A stretch of DNA of 64,000 nt, from the NCBI GenBank assembly GCA_963848295.1, contig CAWKDB010000010.1, positions 2,560,001-2,624,000 on the forward strand, given 5' to 3'. The notes below the pieces were generated by a model. It was not told the origin of the DNA, made no database searches, and was given only the letters and a program-made list of their open reading frames with translations. The DNA comes from an uncultured delta proteobacterium (GTDB lineage Bacteria > Myxococcota_A > Polyangia > Haliangiales > Haliangiaceae). Positions within the stretch are counted from its first letter, which is position 1. Each line of letters begins with the position of its first letter. Of this stretch, positions 21,009 through 29,881 are shown one piece after another. Made by a program: the position numbers and the translations under genes.

Positions 21009-23605
21009 AACGCGGTGGCGTGGCGCGCCGGCGCCGGCTTGTGGTCGTGCGCTGGCGCGCTCTTCACGTACTTGTCGAACCAGCGGATCATCTCGTAGAT
21101 CTCCTGCTCGTTCGACTCCATCGCGGAGTACCAGTGCGGTTCGTGCGGCAGCATCACGAGCCGAACCGTGCCGCCGTTGCCGCGGATCGCTTCGTAGAGC
21201 TTGACCGCTTGCAACGGTGTCGTACCCGGGTTCGCGTCGTCTTGGCCGTGCATGATCAGCAGCGGCAGCTTGATCTTGTCGGCGAAGAAGAACGGCGACA
21301 CCTTCAAGTACACCGACTGCGCTTGCCACACCGTGCGGCGCTCGTTCTGAAACCCGAACGGCGTGAGCGTCTTGTTATACGAGCCGCTGGTCGCTACGCC
21401 GGCGCGGAACAAGTCGGAGTGCGCGATCAAGTTGACGGTCATCAGCGCGCCGTGGCTATGACCGGTGACGCCGATCCGGTCGCGATCGACGACGCCGGTC
21501 TCGACCGCTTTGTCGACCGCGGCGCGGGCATCCTCGACGAGCTGCTCGAGGTAGGTGTCGTACGCCTTCTTCGGATCGCCGACGATCGGGAACGCGGCGT
21601 TGTCGATGATCGCGTAGCCGGCGAGCAACAGCAGCCGGTAGTCGTGGAGCTGCGTGAAGTACTGCTGCGAGCCGGTGACCTCGCCCGCCTTGGAGGCATC
21701 GGCGTAGTCGAGTGGATAGGCGTAGAGGATCGCGGGAATGCGCGTGCCCTCTCGGTAACCGGGCGGCGTGTACATCGTGAACGACAGGTCGACGCCGTCC
21801 TTGCGCTTGTACTTGACGAGCCGCTTCTTGATCTCGCGCACCGCGGGCGTCGGATCGGCGAGGTGAGTGACCGCGGTCACCGTCGAAGCGAAGCTCGCCT
21901 CGCCGGGGCTCGCGGGCGTCGCGGCACCGAGCGTTCGCAATAGCGCGTTCGGCGGATCGATCGGCGACTGGTGCCACGTTAGGAACGTGCGATCGGTCGC
22001 GCCGTTGAACGCGAGGAACGACTCGTACGCGGCCTTGTCGCTGCGAAACAGCCGCTCCGACTTTCGCGTCGCGGGATCGAAGCGATCGAGGAACGGCCGG
22101 TCGCCGTCGGGCGACGAGCCCCGGCCGCGAAGATAGATCGCACCGTTGCGGTCTTGGCGCGCGACCCAGGCGCCGTTCGGCAGCTCGCGCATCACGGGAT
22201 AGCCCGGATCCTTGTAGTGCTCGTCGCTCGATAGGTCCCACAGCACGCGCAGCGTGGGCTTCGGATCATCGACGTTCAACATGAACGTCCGCCGCCAGTG
22301 GCGATTGTCGTCGTACTCGTCGAGCAGCGCGAAGCTCGGGCGCTCGCCCCATTCGAAGCCGGCGTAGCGCTGTTCGGTCCGCGCGATCTCGACCGCCGGG
22401 CTCGTGAACGGTGCCTTCTGCATCATGATCTTGTCGCGCGCCGGGACCTTGACGTTCCAGTCGCCGCCGTCGAGCGCCTCCGCCCACACCAGCGTCGCCG
22501 GCTCGGTCGACCGCCACGACACGTCGCGCACACCGGTCGGCACGCCTTGGATCGGCACGCGATCCGCCAGCGGCAACGACGCGACGAGGTGTTTGTTGCC
22601 GTTGCGATCCCAGACCTCGATGTCGTGCGCGAACCGGTCGGCGGTCACGACATACGAGAACGGCTTGCGCAGCGTCGACACCAGCACGTGCTCGCCATCA
22701 GGTGCGACGTCGACATCATCGATCATCGCGGGCTGGCCGATCAGCGTCGTCGCGCCGGTCGCCGAGTCGACGATCGCGAGCTGGCTCGTCGCGTAGTACT
22801 CGAACAGATCTTCGTCGTGCTTGCTGTTCAGCGTGTCGCGCGCCTCGTACGTGCTGCTCTGTCCGGTCGCACCGTCGCTCTCCTGGATGCTCGGCCCGAA
22901 CGGCACGAGGGGTGCGGCGGGCGCGGGCCCGGCGTTCGCGGGGACGAGCTTGACGAGCAACGACCTGTGATCGGGGAGCCACGTCACCGTGCTGCCGAGC
23001 ATCGGGTTGAGCCGCCCGGTGCCGACCCGGTGGACCGCGCCGGTGGTCGCGTCGCCGATCCACAGCTCGACCGCGTCGCTCGACGTATTGTGGAACGCGA
23101 AGTGCTTGGCGTCCGGCGCCCAGTCGAAGCCATCGGCGCATCCGGGCGGCAGCGCGATGTGGCGGTCGTGGTCGGTCGCGACGTCGGCGAGCGCGAGATC
23201 GCGCGCGCACGGCGAGACTCCATAGCCGCCCGGCGTATCGTGCTTGCGCCGGGTGTTCGGCTCGAGCCGGATGCCGGCGAGCTTGAGGAACGGCTCGGCG
23301 ACCTGAGTCATCGGCGGGTACTCGACCCACGACACCAGCAGGATCGTCGCGCCGGTCGGGCTGACGTACGGCTGCGGCGGCGCCGGCGCGTACAGCACGT
23401 CGAGCACGTTCTTCGGCGGCTGGTCGTAGCCCGATGGCGGAGCGACCGCAGGCGGCGGGGGCGGAGCGACCGCAGGCGGCGGCGGGGTCACGACCGGCGG
23501 CGGCGATGCAGCCACGACCGGGGTCGGCGACACCGGGTGAGCCTGCGGGTTGGCACAGCTGACGAGGGCGGCGAGCGCTGCGAGCGCGAACGGCGAGCGA
23601 AGCAT
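21005..23605 (-). CDS. S9 family peptidase (beta-propeller plus alpha/beta hydrolase), lipoprotein
   Basis: GHSHG nucleophile motif, HGQDDANPGT and EPHWY; lipobox LVSC. Confidence 0.9.
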   Translation of the reverse strand: MLRSPFALAALAALVSCANPQAHPVSPTPVVAASPPPVVTPPPPAVAPPPPPAVAPPSGYDQPPKNVLDVLYAPAPPQPYVSPTGATILLVSWVEYPPMTQVAEPFLKLAGIRLEPNTRRKHDTPGGYGVSPCARDLALADVATDHDRHIALPPGCADGFDWAPDAKHFAFHNTSSDAVELWIGDATTGAVHRVGTGRLNPMLGSTVTWLPDHRSLLVKLVPANAGPAPAAPLVPFGPSIQESDGATGQSSTYEARDTLNSKHDEDLFEYYATSQLAIVDSATGATTLIGQPAMIDDVDVAPDGEHVLVSTLRKPFSYVVTADRFAHDIEVWDRNGNKHLVASLPLADRVPIQGVPTGVRDVSWRSTEPATLVWAEALDGGDWNVKVPARDKIMMQKAPFTSPAVEIARTEQRYAGFEWGERPSFALLDEYDDNRHWRRTFMLNVDDPKPTLRVLWDLSSDEHYKDPGYPVMRELPNGAWVARQDRNGAIYLRGRGSSPDGDRPFLDRFDPATRKSERLFRSDKAAYESFLAFNGATDRTFLTWHQSPIDPPNALLRTLGAATPASPGEASFASTVTAVTHLADPTPAVREIKKRLVKYKRKDGVDLSFTMYTPPGYREGTRIPAILYAYPLDYADASKAGEVTGSQQYFTQLHDYRLLLLAGYAIIDNAAFPIVGDPKKAYDTYLEQLVEDARAAVDKAVETGVVDRDRIGVTGHSHGALMTVNLIAHSDLFRAGVATSGSYNKTLTPFGFQNERRTVWQAQSVYLKVSPFFFADKIKLPLLIMHGQDDANPGTTPLQAVKLYEAIRGNGGTVRLVMLPHEPHWYSAMESNEQEIYEMIRWFDKYVKSAPAHDHKPAPARHATAF

Positions 23606-23656
23606 GCGCGGAGCCTAGCGCAACCCGTCCAACGTTGTTGAGCTACGCTAGCGGCG

Positions 23657-24337
23657 TTGTCGATCCACGACTTGATCGCGGCAGAAGCGCGCGCGCAGCA
23701 ATTGCTCGACGAGTGCGCGCGCCAGGGTGCGATCATCGCGGGGACGACCGAGCGCGCGCTGAGCGAGCGCGTGTTCGCGATCGCCGAGACGATGTTCGGC
23801 GTGAAGCGCTACTGGCACAAGCGCATCGTGCGCGCCGGCCGCAACACCGTGCTGCCGTACGCCGCGAACCCGCCGGACTCGACGATCCAAGCCGACGACA
23901 TCGTGTTCTTCGACTTCGGCCCGGTGTTCGGCGAGTGGGAGGCCGACGTCGGTCGCACCGTCGTCATCGGCGATGATCCGCGCAGACATCAGCTCGCCTC
24001 GGATGTCGCGCGCGGCTGGGACCTCGCGTCGGAATATTTTCGCGCGCATCCCGACCTCACCGCCGCCGAGCTCTACGGTCACGTCGGCGAGCTCGCGCGC
24101 GGCTTCGGCTGGGACCAAGGCCACGTCCACTGCGGCCACGTCGTCGGGCGATTTCCGCACGAGCAAGAGCTCGACGACGACACGGTGTACCTGCGCGCCG
24201 ACAATCCGCGCCCGCTGCGCCGGCTCGGCCTGACCGGTCAACCGCTGCGCTGGATCCTCGAGATCCACTTCGTCGATCGCGCGCGCGAATTCGGCGGCTT
24301 TCAAGAAGCTCTGCTGCGCGAAGCCGACGAGCTCTGA
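23657..24337 (+). CDS. M24 family metallopeptidase (aminopeptidase P-like catalytic domain)
   Basis: DFGP..EADVGRT, GHVVG.FPH and LEIH motifs. Confidence 0.85.
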   Translation: MSIHDLIAAEARAQQLLDECARQGAIIAGTTERALSERVFAIAETMFGVKRYWHKRIVRAGRNTVLPYAANPPDSTIQADDIVFFDFGPVFGEWEADVGRTVVIGDDPRRHQLASDVARGWDLASEYFRAHPDLTAAELYGHVGELARGFGWDQGHVHCGHVVGRFPHEQELDDDTVYLRADNPRPLRRLGLTGQPLRWILEIHFVDRAREFGGFQEALLREADEL

Positions 24338-24367
24338 GCGAAGCTCTCTTCTGGCTCGCGGCGATAC

Positions 24368-24685
24368 TCAAGCCGAGACGTGTCGCTTCTTCTCGAGCAG
24401 GCGCTTCGCTCGTATGCGTACGCGTTCGACGTCTCGATGCTCGGGACGCACATAACCCTGAGGGAACAGGATCTGGTGAGGCTCGATCCCGAGAGCGGCG
24501 GCCAGAAGAACCGCTCGGCGCACGCCTACATCGATCCGGTCATGCTCGATCGCCGATAGATTTGTGTAGCTAACGCCGGTGATCTGCTCGAGCTCCTTAA
24601 GGGTGAGGCCGAAATTCGTGCGAAACGCGCGGACGATTCGTCCGGGCGTTGCCTTGACCTGCGCTAGATCAAAAAAGTTCTTCAT
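24368..24685 (-). CDS. XRE-family HTH antitoxin (HigA-like)
   Basis: TPGRIVRAFR..LTLKELEQITGVSYTNLSAIE; ATGA overlap with the toxin gene. Confidence 0.8.
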   Translation of the reverse strand: MKNFFDLAQVKATPGRIVRAFRTNFGLTLKELEQITGVSYTNLSAIEHDRIDVGVRRAVLLAAALGIEPHQILFPQGYVRPEHRDVERVRIRAKRLLEKKRHVSA

Positions 24686-24984
24686 TTCTTTCTCCGGTAG
24701 TCGTGATCGGTCGTGATGCGAACCACTGCGACGGTCACGACTTGTTGTTCGACCTTGTAGATGATTCGACCTACATGACTGAAGCTCGAAGCGCGGTGAC
24801 CACGCCATTCACCGTAGAGCGCATGGTCTGCCCACATGCCGGGGCGCGCGGCTAAGCATTCTGGTCCGAGATCACGCACGAGCTCGGCCCATTTCTGAAT
24901 CACGATCTTGTCGTCGGTGGTGAGCGCTTTGCCTTGGAATACGAGGGACGCCTCGTGTGTGATGTTCACCGTCCACTTGGCCAT
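24682..24984 (-). CDS. RelE/YafQ-superfamily toxin
   Basis: DHALYGEWRGHRASSFSHVGRIIYKV motif; 100 aa; upstream of an HTH gene. Confidence 0.8.
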   Translation of the reverse strand: MAKWTVNITHEASLVFQGKALTTDDKIVIQKWAELVRDLGPECLAARPGMWADHALYGEWRGHRASSFSHVGRIIYKVEQQVVTVAVVRITTDHDYRRKK

Positions 24985-24994
24985 CTCTCGCTAG

Positions 24995-25023
24995 ATTATA
25001 TCAAAATAAATACTGTATTGTAA
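24995..25023 (-). promoter_or_regulatory. sigma70 promoter of the TA operon with operator palindrome
   Basis: Minus strand TTACAA-N17-TATAAT with extended TG; palindrome AATAC-T-GTATT at 25009-25019. Confidence 0.7.
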
Positions 25024-25120
25024 CCGATACATCAACGAGAGACCATAGACATCCGCTGGCTCGCTTCGCGGAGAGGCGAGGACATGAAATTGCACGCAAA
25101 ACTGCTTTCGTGACTAATCT

Positions 25121-25714
25121 CTAACCGCGGGCCGTGCGCAGCGCGCGCGCCCACCAGGCGAGGTTGTCGATCATCGTCGTCGCGCCCACCTCGACCGGCG
25201 CGAACAGCTCGGGGCTCGCAGGCGCCGTCTCCTTCATCGTCGCGAGATAGATGTCGCGCGGCAGATGCACCGCGTGCCGGATCGGCGCCATCTCGAGCTC
25301 GATCGAGACCTGGCGCAGCTGCTCGATCGCGCGCGAGCCGCCGACGCCGCCGTAGCCGAGGAACGAGATCGGCTTGCGATGCCATTCGCGAAACGCCCAA
25401 TCGAGCGCGTTCTTCACGACCGCGGTGTAGCCGTGGTTGTACTCGGCCGCGGTGATGACGAACCCATCCGCCGCCGCGATCTTCGCGGCCCAGCGGTTCG
25501 CGAGCGGGTTGCCGTAATCTCCGTCGGTGACGCGCGCGGGCGACTTCGGCTGGTCGAAGAACGGCAGCGGCCAATCGCGTAGGTCGACGAGCGTCGCGGC
25601 CAGCTCGGGGTGGCGATCGATTCGCCCCGCGATCCAGTGCGCCGGCTTGTCGCCGTAGCGACCTTCGCGCGTGCTGCCGATGATGACGAGGATCTCGAGC
25701 TTGGGGTCGGCCAT
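25121..25714 (-). CDS. NADPH-dependent FMN reductase
   Basis: GSTREGR, AEYNHGY..VKNALD and YGGVGGSRA motifs. Confidence 0.9.
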   Translation of the reverse strand: MADPKLEILVIIGSTREGRYGDKPAHWIAGRIDRHPELAATLVDLRDWPLPFFDQPKSPARVTDGDYGNPLANRWAAKIAAADGFVITAAEYNHGYTAVVKNALDWAFREWHRKPISFLGYGGVGGSRAIEQLRQVSIELEMAPIRHAVHLPRDIYLATMKETAPASPELFAPVEVGATTMIDNLAWWARALRTARG

Positions 25715-25733
25715 GTACTGCGCGGCGAAGATA

Positions 25734-26003
25734 CTACCGAGCGTCGCGCAACGCTGCCTCGAGCTCGGCGATCCGCTTGCGAGCCGCGGCGAGCTCGTCG
25801 CGCAGTCGCAAGATCACCTCGACCCCGGGCCAACCGACCTCGAGCTCGCGCACGAGCGTGTGCGCGACGAGCACGCGATCGACGTCGACCAGCGCGCGGT
25901 CGTCGCCGACCCGGGTGATCTCACCTTCCTCGACGAGGTGCGCGATCAGGTCGGCATCGCCGCCGACGAGCTCGACCAAGCGTTGATACGTGAACCGGGT
26001 CAT
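25734..26003 (-). CDS. cbpM: CbpM-like chaperone modulator (MerR-like)
   Basis: Overlaps the DnaJ-like gene; LVRELEVGWPGVEVILRLRDEL motif. Confidence 0.7.
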   Translation of the reverse strand: MTRFTYQRLVELVGGDADLIAHLVEEGEITRVGDDRALVDVDRVLVAHTLVRELEVGWPGVEVILRLRDELAAARKRIAELEAALRDAR

Positions 26004-26887
26004 AGCTTCAGCTCCTCGCGTAGCGGTTTGCTGTACGCGGTCGCGCTCGCGTGTAGCGCGGCGGCGAGTGCGGCATCTTCTTTGTCCGGCATCCGGACCT
26101 CGAGCGTCACGAGCAGATCGCCGCGCGCTTCCTTGCGCGCGATGCCCTTGCCGCGCAGCCGCAGCGTCGCGCCGTTCTGCGATCGCGGCGGCACCTTGAG
26201 CACGATCGCGCCGCCGAACGTCGGGACGTCGATGCTCGCACCGCTGTACGCCTCGTCGAGCGTCACCGGCAGCGTCATCTCGAGATCGAGGCCCTCGCGG
26301 CGTAGCCACGGATGCGGCATGACCTCGATCTCGATCACGAGATCACCGGGCGGCCCACCGCGCGCGCCCGGCGCCCCCTTGCCGGCGAGTCGGATCACCG
26401 ACCCGTTGTCGGCTCCGGGTGGGATCCGCACGCGCGTCTGGCCCTGGCCGGGAACGTCGATCGAGATCTCGGTGCCTTCGATCGCCTGGCGCAGATCCAT
26501 CTGCATCGCCGCGTGGACCTCGCCGCCGCGACTCGGTCCGCGCGCGCGGCCGAACAGCTCGGAGAAATCGAACTCGCGCTCGCCGGTGTCGTAGTGCTGG
26601 GCCTGCTGCTGCCGCGTGTCTTGCCAGCGCGCGTACTCGCGGGCCTTCGCAGCGTCGAACCCGCCTTGCAGCGAAGCGTCGCCGAACTCGTCGTACGCGG
26701 CGCGCTTCTTGTCGTCGGACAGCACGTCGTAGGCCGACGAGATCTGCTTGAACCGATCCTCGGCGGCCTTGTTACCCGGGTTGACGTCCGGGTGATGCTT
26801 GCGCGCGAGCTTGCGATACTTCTTGCGGATCTCGTCCGGGCTCGCGCCCTTCGCGACACCGAGCAGATCGTAGAGCGATTCGGCCAT
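26000..26887 (-). CDS. cbpA: DnaJ-class co-chaperone CbpA-like (J domain plus DnaJ_C, no Zn finger)
   Basis: HPD motif and PGDL C-terminal domain. Confidence 0.88.
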   Translation of the reverse strand: MAESLYDLLGVAKGASPDEIRKKYRKLARKHHPDVNPGNKAAEDRFKQISSAYDVLSDDKKRAAYDEFGDASLQGGFDAAKAREYARWQDTRQQQAQHYDTGEREFDFSELFGRARGPSRGGEVHAAMQMDLRQAIEGTEISIDVPGQGQTRVRIPPGADNGSVIRLAGKGAPGARGGPPGDLVIEIEVMPHPWLRREGLDLEMTLPVTLDEAYSGASIDVPTFGGAIVLKVPPRSQNGATLRLRGKGIARKEARGDLLVTLEVRMPDKEDAALAAALHASATAYSKPLREELKL

Positions 26888-26936
26888 CGCGCTGACCTTC
26901 CCGCGGCTCAGCCGGCAGTGCAATCGCGGGCGACGC

Positions 26937-26945
26937 TGCTATGAT
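26937..26945 (+). promoter_or_regulatory. Extended -10 promoter for the metG leader
   Basis: TGC-TATGAT, 6 nt before the uORF GTG. Confidence 0.6.
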
Positions 26946-26951
26946 GTAGGT

Positions 26952-27023
26952 GTGAACCCCGCGCTGCGAATGCCGATGCCCATGCGCTCTTCGAGAGCAT
27001 CGGGCATCCGTGCGCGCACGTAA
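26952..27023 (+). CDS. Met-rich leader peptide MNPALRMPMPMRSSRASGIRART
   Basis: GTG...ATG CCG ATG CCC ATG...TAA directly upstream of metG. Confidence 0.7.
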   Translation: MNPALRMPMPMRSSRASGIRART

Positions 27024-27095
27024 CTAACGACGCCGAGCGGCTGCCCTCGTGGCGGCTGCAACAACGCGCGAGGGCGGCCTCCGGCAAACCCGGAG
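26975..27095 (+). promoter_or_regulatory. Attenuator-like RNA leader with three hairpins, the last sequestering the SD
   Basis: Stems 26975-27008, 27040-27078 and CTCCGG-CAAAC-CCGGAG 27079-27095. Confidence 0.65.
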
Positions 27096-27101
27096 ATCGC
27101 C

Positions 27102-28640
27102 ATGACCACGTCCTTCATCACGACTGCCATTCCCTACGTCAACGCCCGCCCGCACCTCGGGTTCGCGTACGAGCTCGTCCTCGCCGACGTGCTCGCGCGC
27201 CATCATCGCCGCCGCGGCCGCGTCGTCCGGTTCATCACCGGCACCGATGACAACAGCCTGAAGAATGTCGTCGCTGCGCAGCGCGAAGGCCTGTCGCCGC
27301 GCGCGCTCGTCGACCGCAACGCCGCGGCATTCGCAGGGCTAGGGCCCTTGCTCGGCGTCGCGACCGACGACTTCATCCGGACATCGAGCGATCCGCGCCA
27401 CCTCGCGGCGGTCGATTGGTTGTGGCGCGCGTGCAGCGCGAGCGGCGATTTGTATGTCCAGCGCTGGCAAGGTCGCTACTGCGCCGGTTGCGAGGCGTTC
27501 GTCGACGACGATGTCGCGATCTGCGCCGAGCACGGCACCGCACCGGAGCCGGTCAGCGAGCCGAACTGGTTCTTCCGGCTATCGCGCTGGCGCGAACCGG
27601 TCCGCGACGCGATCGCCTCCGGCCGACTCGAGATCGTTCCCGACGCTGCGCGCGCCGAGATCCTCGGGTTTCTCGACGGCGAGGTTCGCGACCTCAGCGT
27701 GTCGCGCGTCGCGACTAGATCGAGCGGCTGGGGCATTACGGTCCCCGGTGACCCGAGCCAAGTGATCTACGTGTGGTTCGACGCGCTCGCGAACTACCTC
27801 GCCGCGCTCGGTCTCGGCGGTGATGCGGCGTTGCTCGATCGCTATTGGCGCGACGGCGAGACCACGCACGTGATCGGCAAAGGCATCACGCGATTCCACG
27901 CCGCGTACTGGCCGGCGTTCTTGCTGTCAGCCGGCCTGCCGCTGCCCGATCGCATCCTCGTCCACGGCTACCTCACGGTCGACGGCGACAAGATCAGCAA
28001 GTCCGGTCGCAACGTGGAGGTCGCGCCGGTCGTCGAGCAGGTCGGCGCCGATGCGTTGCGCTGGTACTTCGCGCGCCGGTGCCGGACGCGAGCCGACTCC
28101 GACGTCTCGCTCGCCGCGATCTGCGACGCGTACGATGGCGATCTCGCGGACCGACTCGGCAACCTCGTGCAGCGCTGCAGCGCGCTCGCCGCGAAGTTGT
28201 GCGCGGGTTGCGTGCCCGAGCCGAGCGACACGCCGGCCGCGACCGAGCTGCGTGCCCGTGCCGAGGCGCTACCGGCGCGGATCGACACCGCGCTCCGCGC
28301 GTTCCTACTCGACGATGCCGCGGCGGCGATCGTCGACGCGCTCGATGCCGCGAATCGCTACCTCGAGCAGATCGCGCCGTGGCGGTTGCAGCGCAGCGAT
28401 CCGGCCGCGGCCGCCGGCGCTCTCTACGCGCCGCTCGAGCTCGCGCGGTTCGTCGCAGGCGAGCTGTCGCCGTTCGTGCCGGGCGTCGCGCAGACCATCG
28501 CGGCGGCCCTGGGAACCGAGGATCTCGCCGCGCTCTGGGGCGTACTACGAGCGGGACACCCCTTGCGGATCGGTCCGCCGCCACTGCCCCGAAAGGGTGC
28601 GGTTCGCGAGAGATCAGCGACCGAGGCGATCCGGCGGTAG
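27102..28640 (+). CDS. metG: Methionine--tRNA ligase (short form)
   Basis: TTAIPYVNARPHLGF (HIGH), YCAGCE..CAEH knuckle, YVWFDAL and KISKS (KMSKS). Confidence 0.92.
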   Translation: MTTSFITTAIPYVNARPHLGFAYELVLADVLARHHRRRGRVVRFITGTDDNSLKNVVAAQREGLSPRALVDRNAAAFAGLGPLLGVATDDFIRTSSDPRHLAAVDWLWRACSASGDLYVQRWQGRYCAGCEAFVDDDVAICAEHGTAPEPVSEPNWFFRLSRWREPVRDAIASGRLEIVPDAARAEILGFLDGEVRDLSVSRVATRSSGWGITVPGDPSQVIYVWFDALANYLAALGLGGDAALLDRYWRDGETTHVIGKGITRFHAAYWPAFLLSAGLPLPDRILVHGYLTVDGDKISKSGRNVEVAPVVEQVGADALRWYFARRCRTRADSDVSLAAICDAYDGDLADRLGNLVQRCSALAAKLCAGCVPEPSDTPAATELRARAEALPARIDTALRAFLLDDAAAAIVDALDAANRYLEQIAPWRLQRSDPAAAAGALYAPLELARFVAGELSPFVPGVAQTIAAALGTEDLAALWGVLRAGHPLRIGPPPLPRKGAVRERSATEAIRR

Positions 28641-28660
28641 GCGATCGTCGTAGTTGTGGC

Positions 28661-29881
28661 GTGGGAGTCGCCTCTATCGGCCGAAGTCGCCGCAAGCTCG
28701 CCGTGTTCGCACTCGGGGCCATTGGCCTCGCGATCGCGCTGACCGCGACGGCGTTCGTCGCCCCGAATCGCACCGCGACCGCGGCGGTCGTGTACACGCC
28801 GCACGATCCGAACGCGGTCGTCGCTCGCGTGCCGACCCGCGACCCGAATGAGGTCGCGGCGCGCCAGGCCTTGTCGGCGTCACCGGATCGCGTCGAGCTC
28901 GCGGTCCAGCTCGCGCGCGCCGACATCCAGCGCTCGCGCGCGTTGCAAGATCCGCGTTACCTCGGCCGCGCGCAAGCGACGCTCGGCCGGTGGTGGAAGC
29001 TCGCGGCACCGCCGCCCGACGTCCTGCTGCTGCGCGCGACGATCGAACAGTCGCTGCACGATTTTCCCACCGCTCGCGCCGATCTCGATCAGCTGATCGC
29101 GGTGCGCCCGGGCGACGCACAAGCCCACCTCACGCGCGCCGTGGTCGCGACCGTGATGGCCGACTATCCCGCGGCGCGAGCGAGTTGCAACGCGCTCGTG
29201 CCGATCGCCCCGCCGCTCGTCGTCGCGACCTGTGTCGCGCCGCTCGACGCGCTCGCCGGCCACGCCGACGATGCGTATCGCTCGCTCGCCGCCGCGATCG
29301 CCGACCTCGGGCGCCGCCCCGATCCGACGCTGAAAGAGTGGGCGCTGACCACGCTCGCCGAGCTCGCGACCCAACGCGGCGACGATGCCGGCGCGGCCGA
29401 GGCGCTCGATCAGGCGCTCGCGCTCGACCCCGACGACGCGTATGCGCGCGCGGCGCGCGCCGATGTCGAGCTGTGGACCGGTCATCCCGCGGAGGCCTCG
29501 GCGCTGCTCGTCGGCACCGACGTGATCGACAACTTGCTCGTCCGCCACGCGATCGCCGAGCACCGCGCGCACGGTCCGGACGCGGCGCGGCTCGCCGGGT
29601 TGATGCATGCGCGGATCGCGGCTGCCGCCGAGCGCGGTGACCGCGTCCACATGCGCGAAGAAGCGCGGTTCACGCTCGAGGTCGACGGCGATGCGACCCG
29701 CGCGCTGCCGATCGCTCGCGACAACTGGGGCGTCCAGCACGAGCTCGCGGATGCGCGCTTGCTCGCCGAGGTCGCCGCCGCCGCGGGCGATGCCGACGCC
29801 GCCGAGCCGGTGCGCGCCTGGCGACGCGCGAACGGCGTCCACGACGCGCAGCTCGACCACTGGCTCGGAGGTGCACGATGA
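28661..29881 (+). CDS. TPR protein of the DUF4331/HupE-UreJ cluster
   Basis: DPRYLGRAQATL, QSLHDF and HMREEARF motifs; TPR-like repeats. Confidence 0.75.
   Translation: MGVASIGRSRRKLAVFALGAIGLAIALTATAFVAPNRTATAAVVYTPHDPNAVVARVPTRDPNEVAARQALSASPDRVELAVQLARADIQRSRALQDPRYLGRAQATLGRWWKLAAPPPDVLLLRATIEQSLHDFPTARADLDQLIAVRPGDAQAHLTRAVVATVMADYPAARASCNALVPIAPPLVVATCVAPLDALAGHADDAYRSLAAAIADLGRRPDPTLKEWALTTLAELATQRGDDAGAAEALDQALALDPDDAYARAARADVELWTGHPAEASALLVGTDVIDNLLVRHAIAEHRAHGPDAARLAGLMHARIAAAAERGDRVHMREEARFTLEVDGDATRALPIARDNWGVQHELADARLLAEVAAAAGDADAAEPVRAWRRANGVHDAQLDHWLGGAR

Noticed and set aside
26940..27101. T-box or SAM riboswitch upstream of metG
   Set aside because: No T-box GGTGGNACC motif or SAM-I core visible, and the leader is too short for a T-box; the uORF model fits better.
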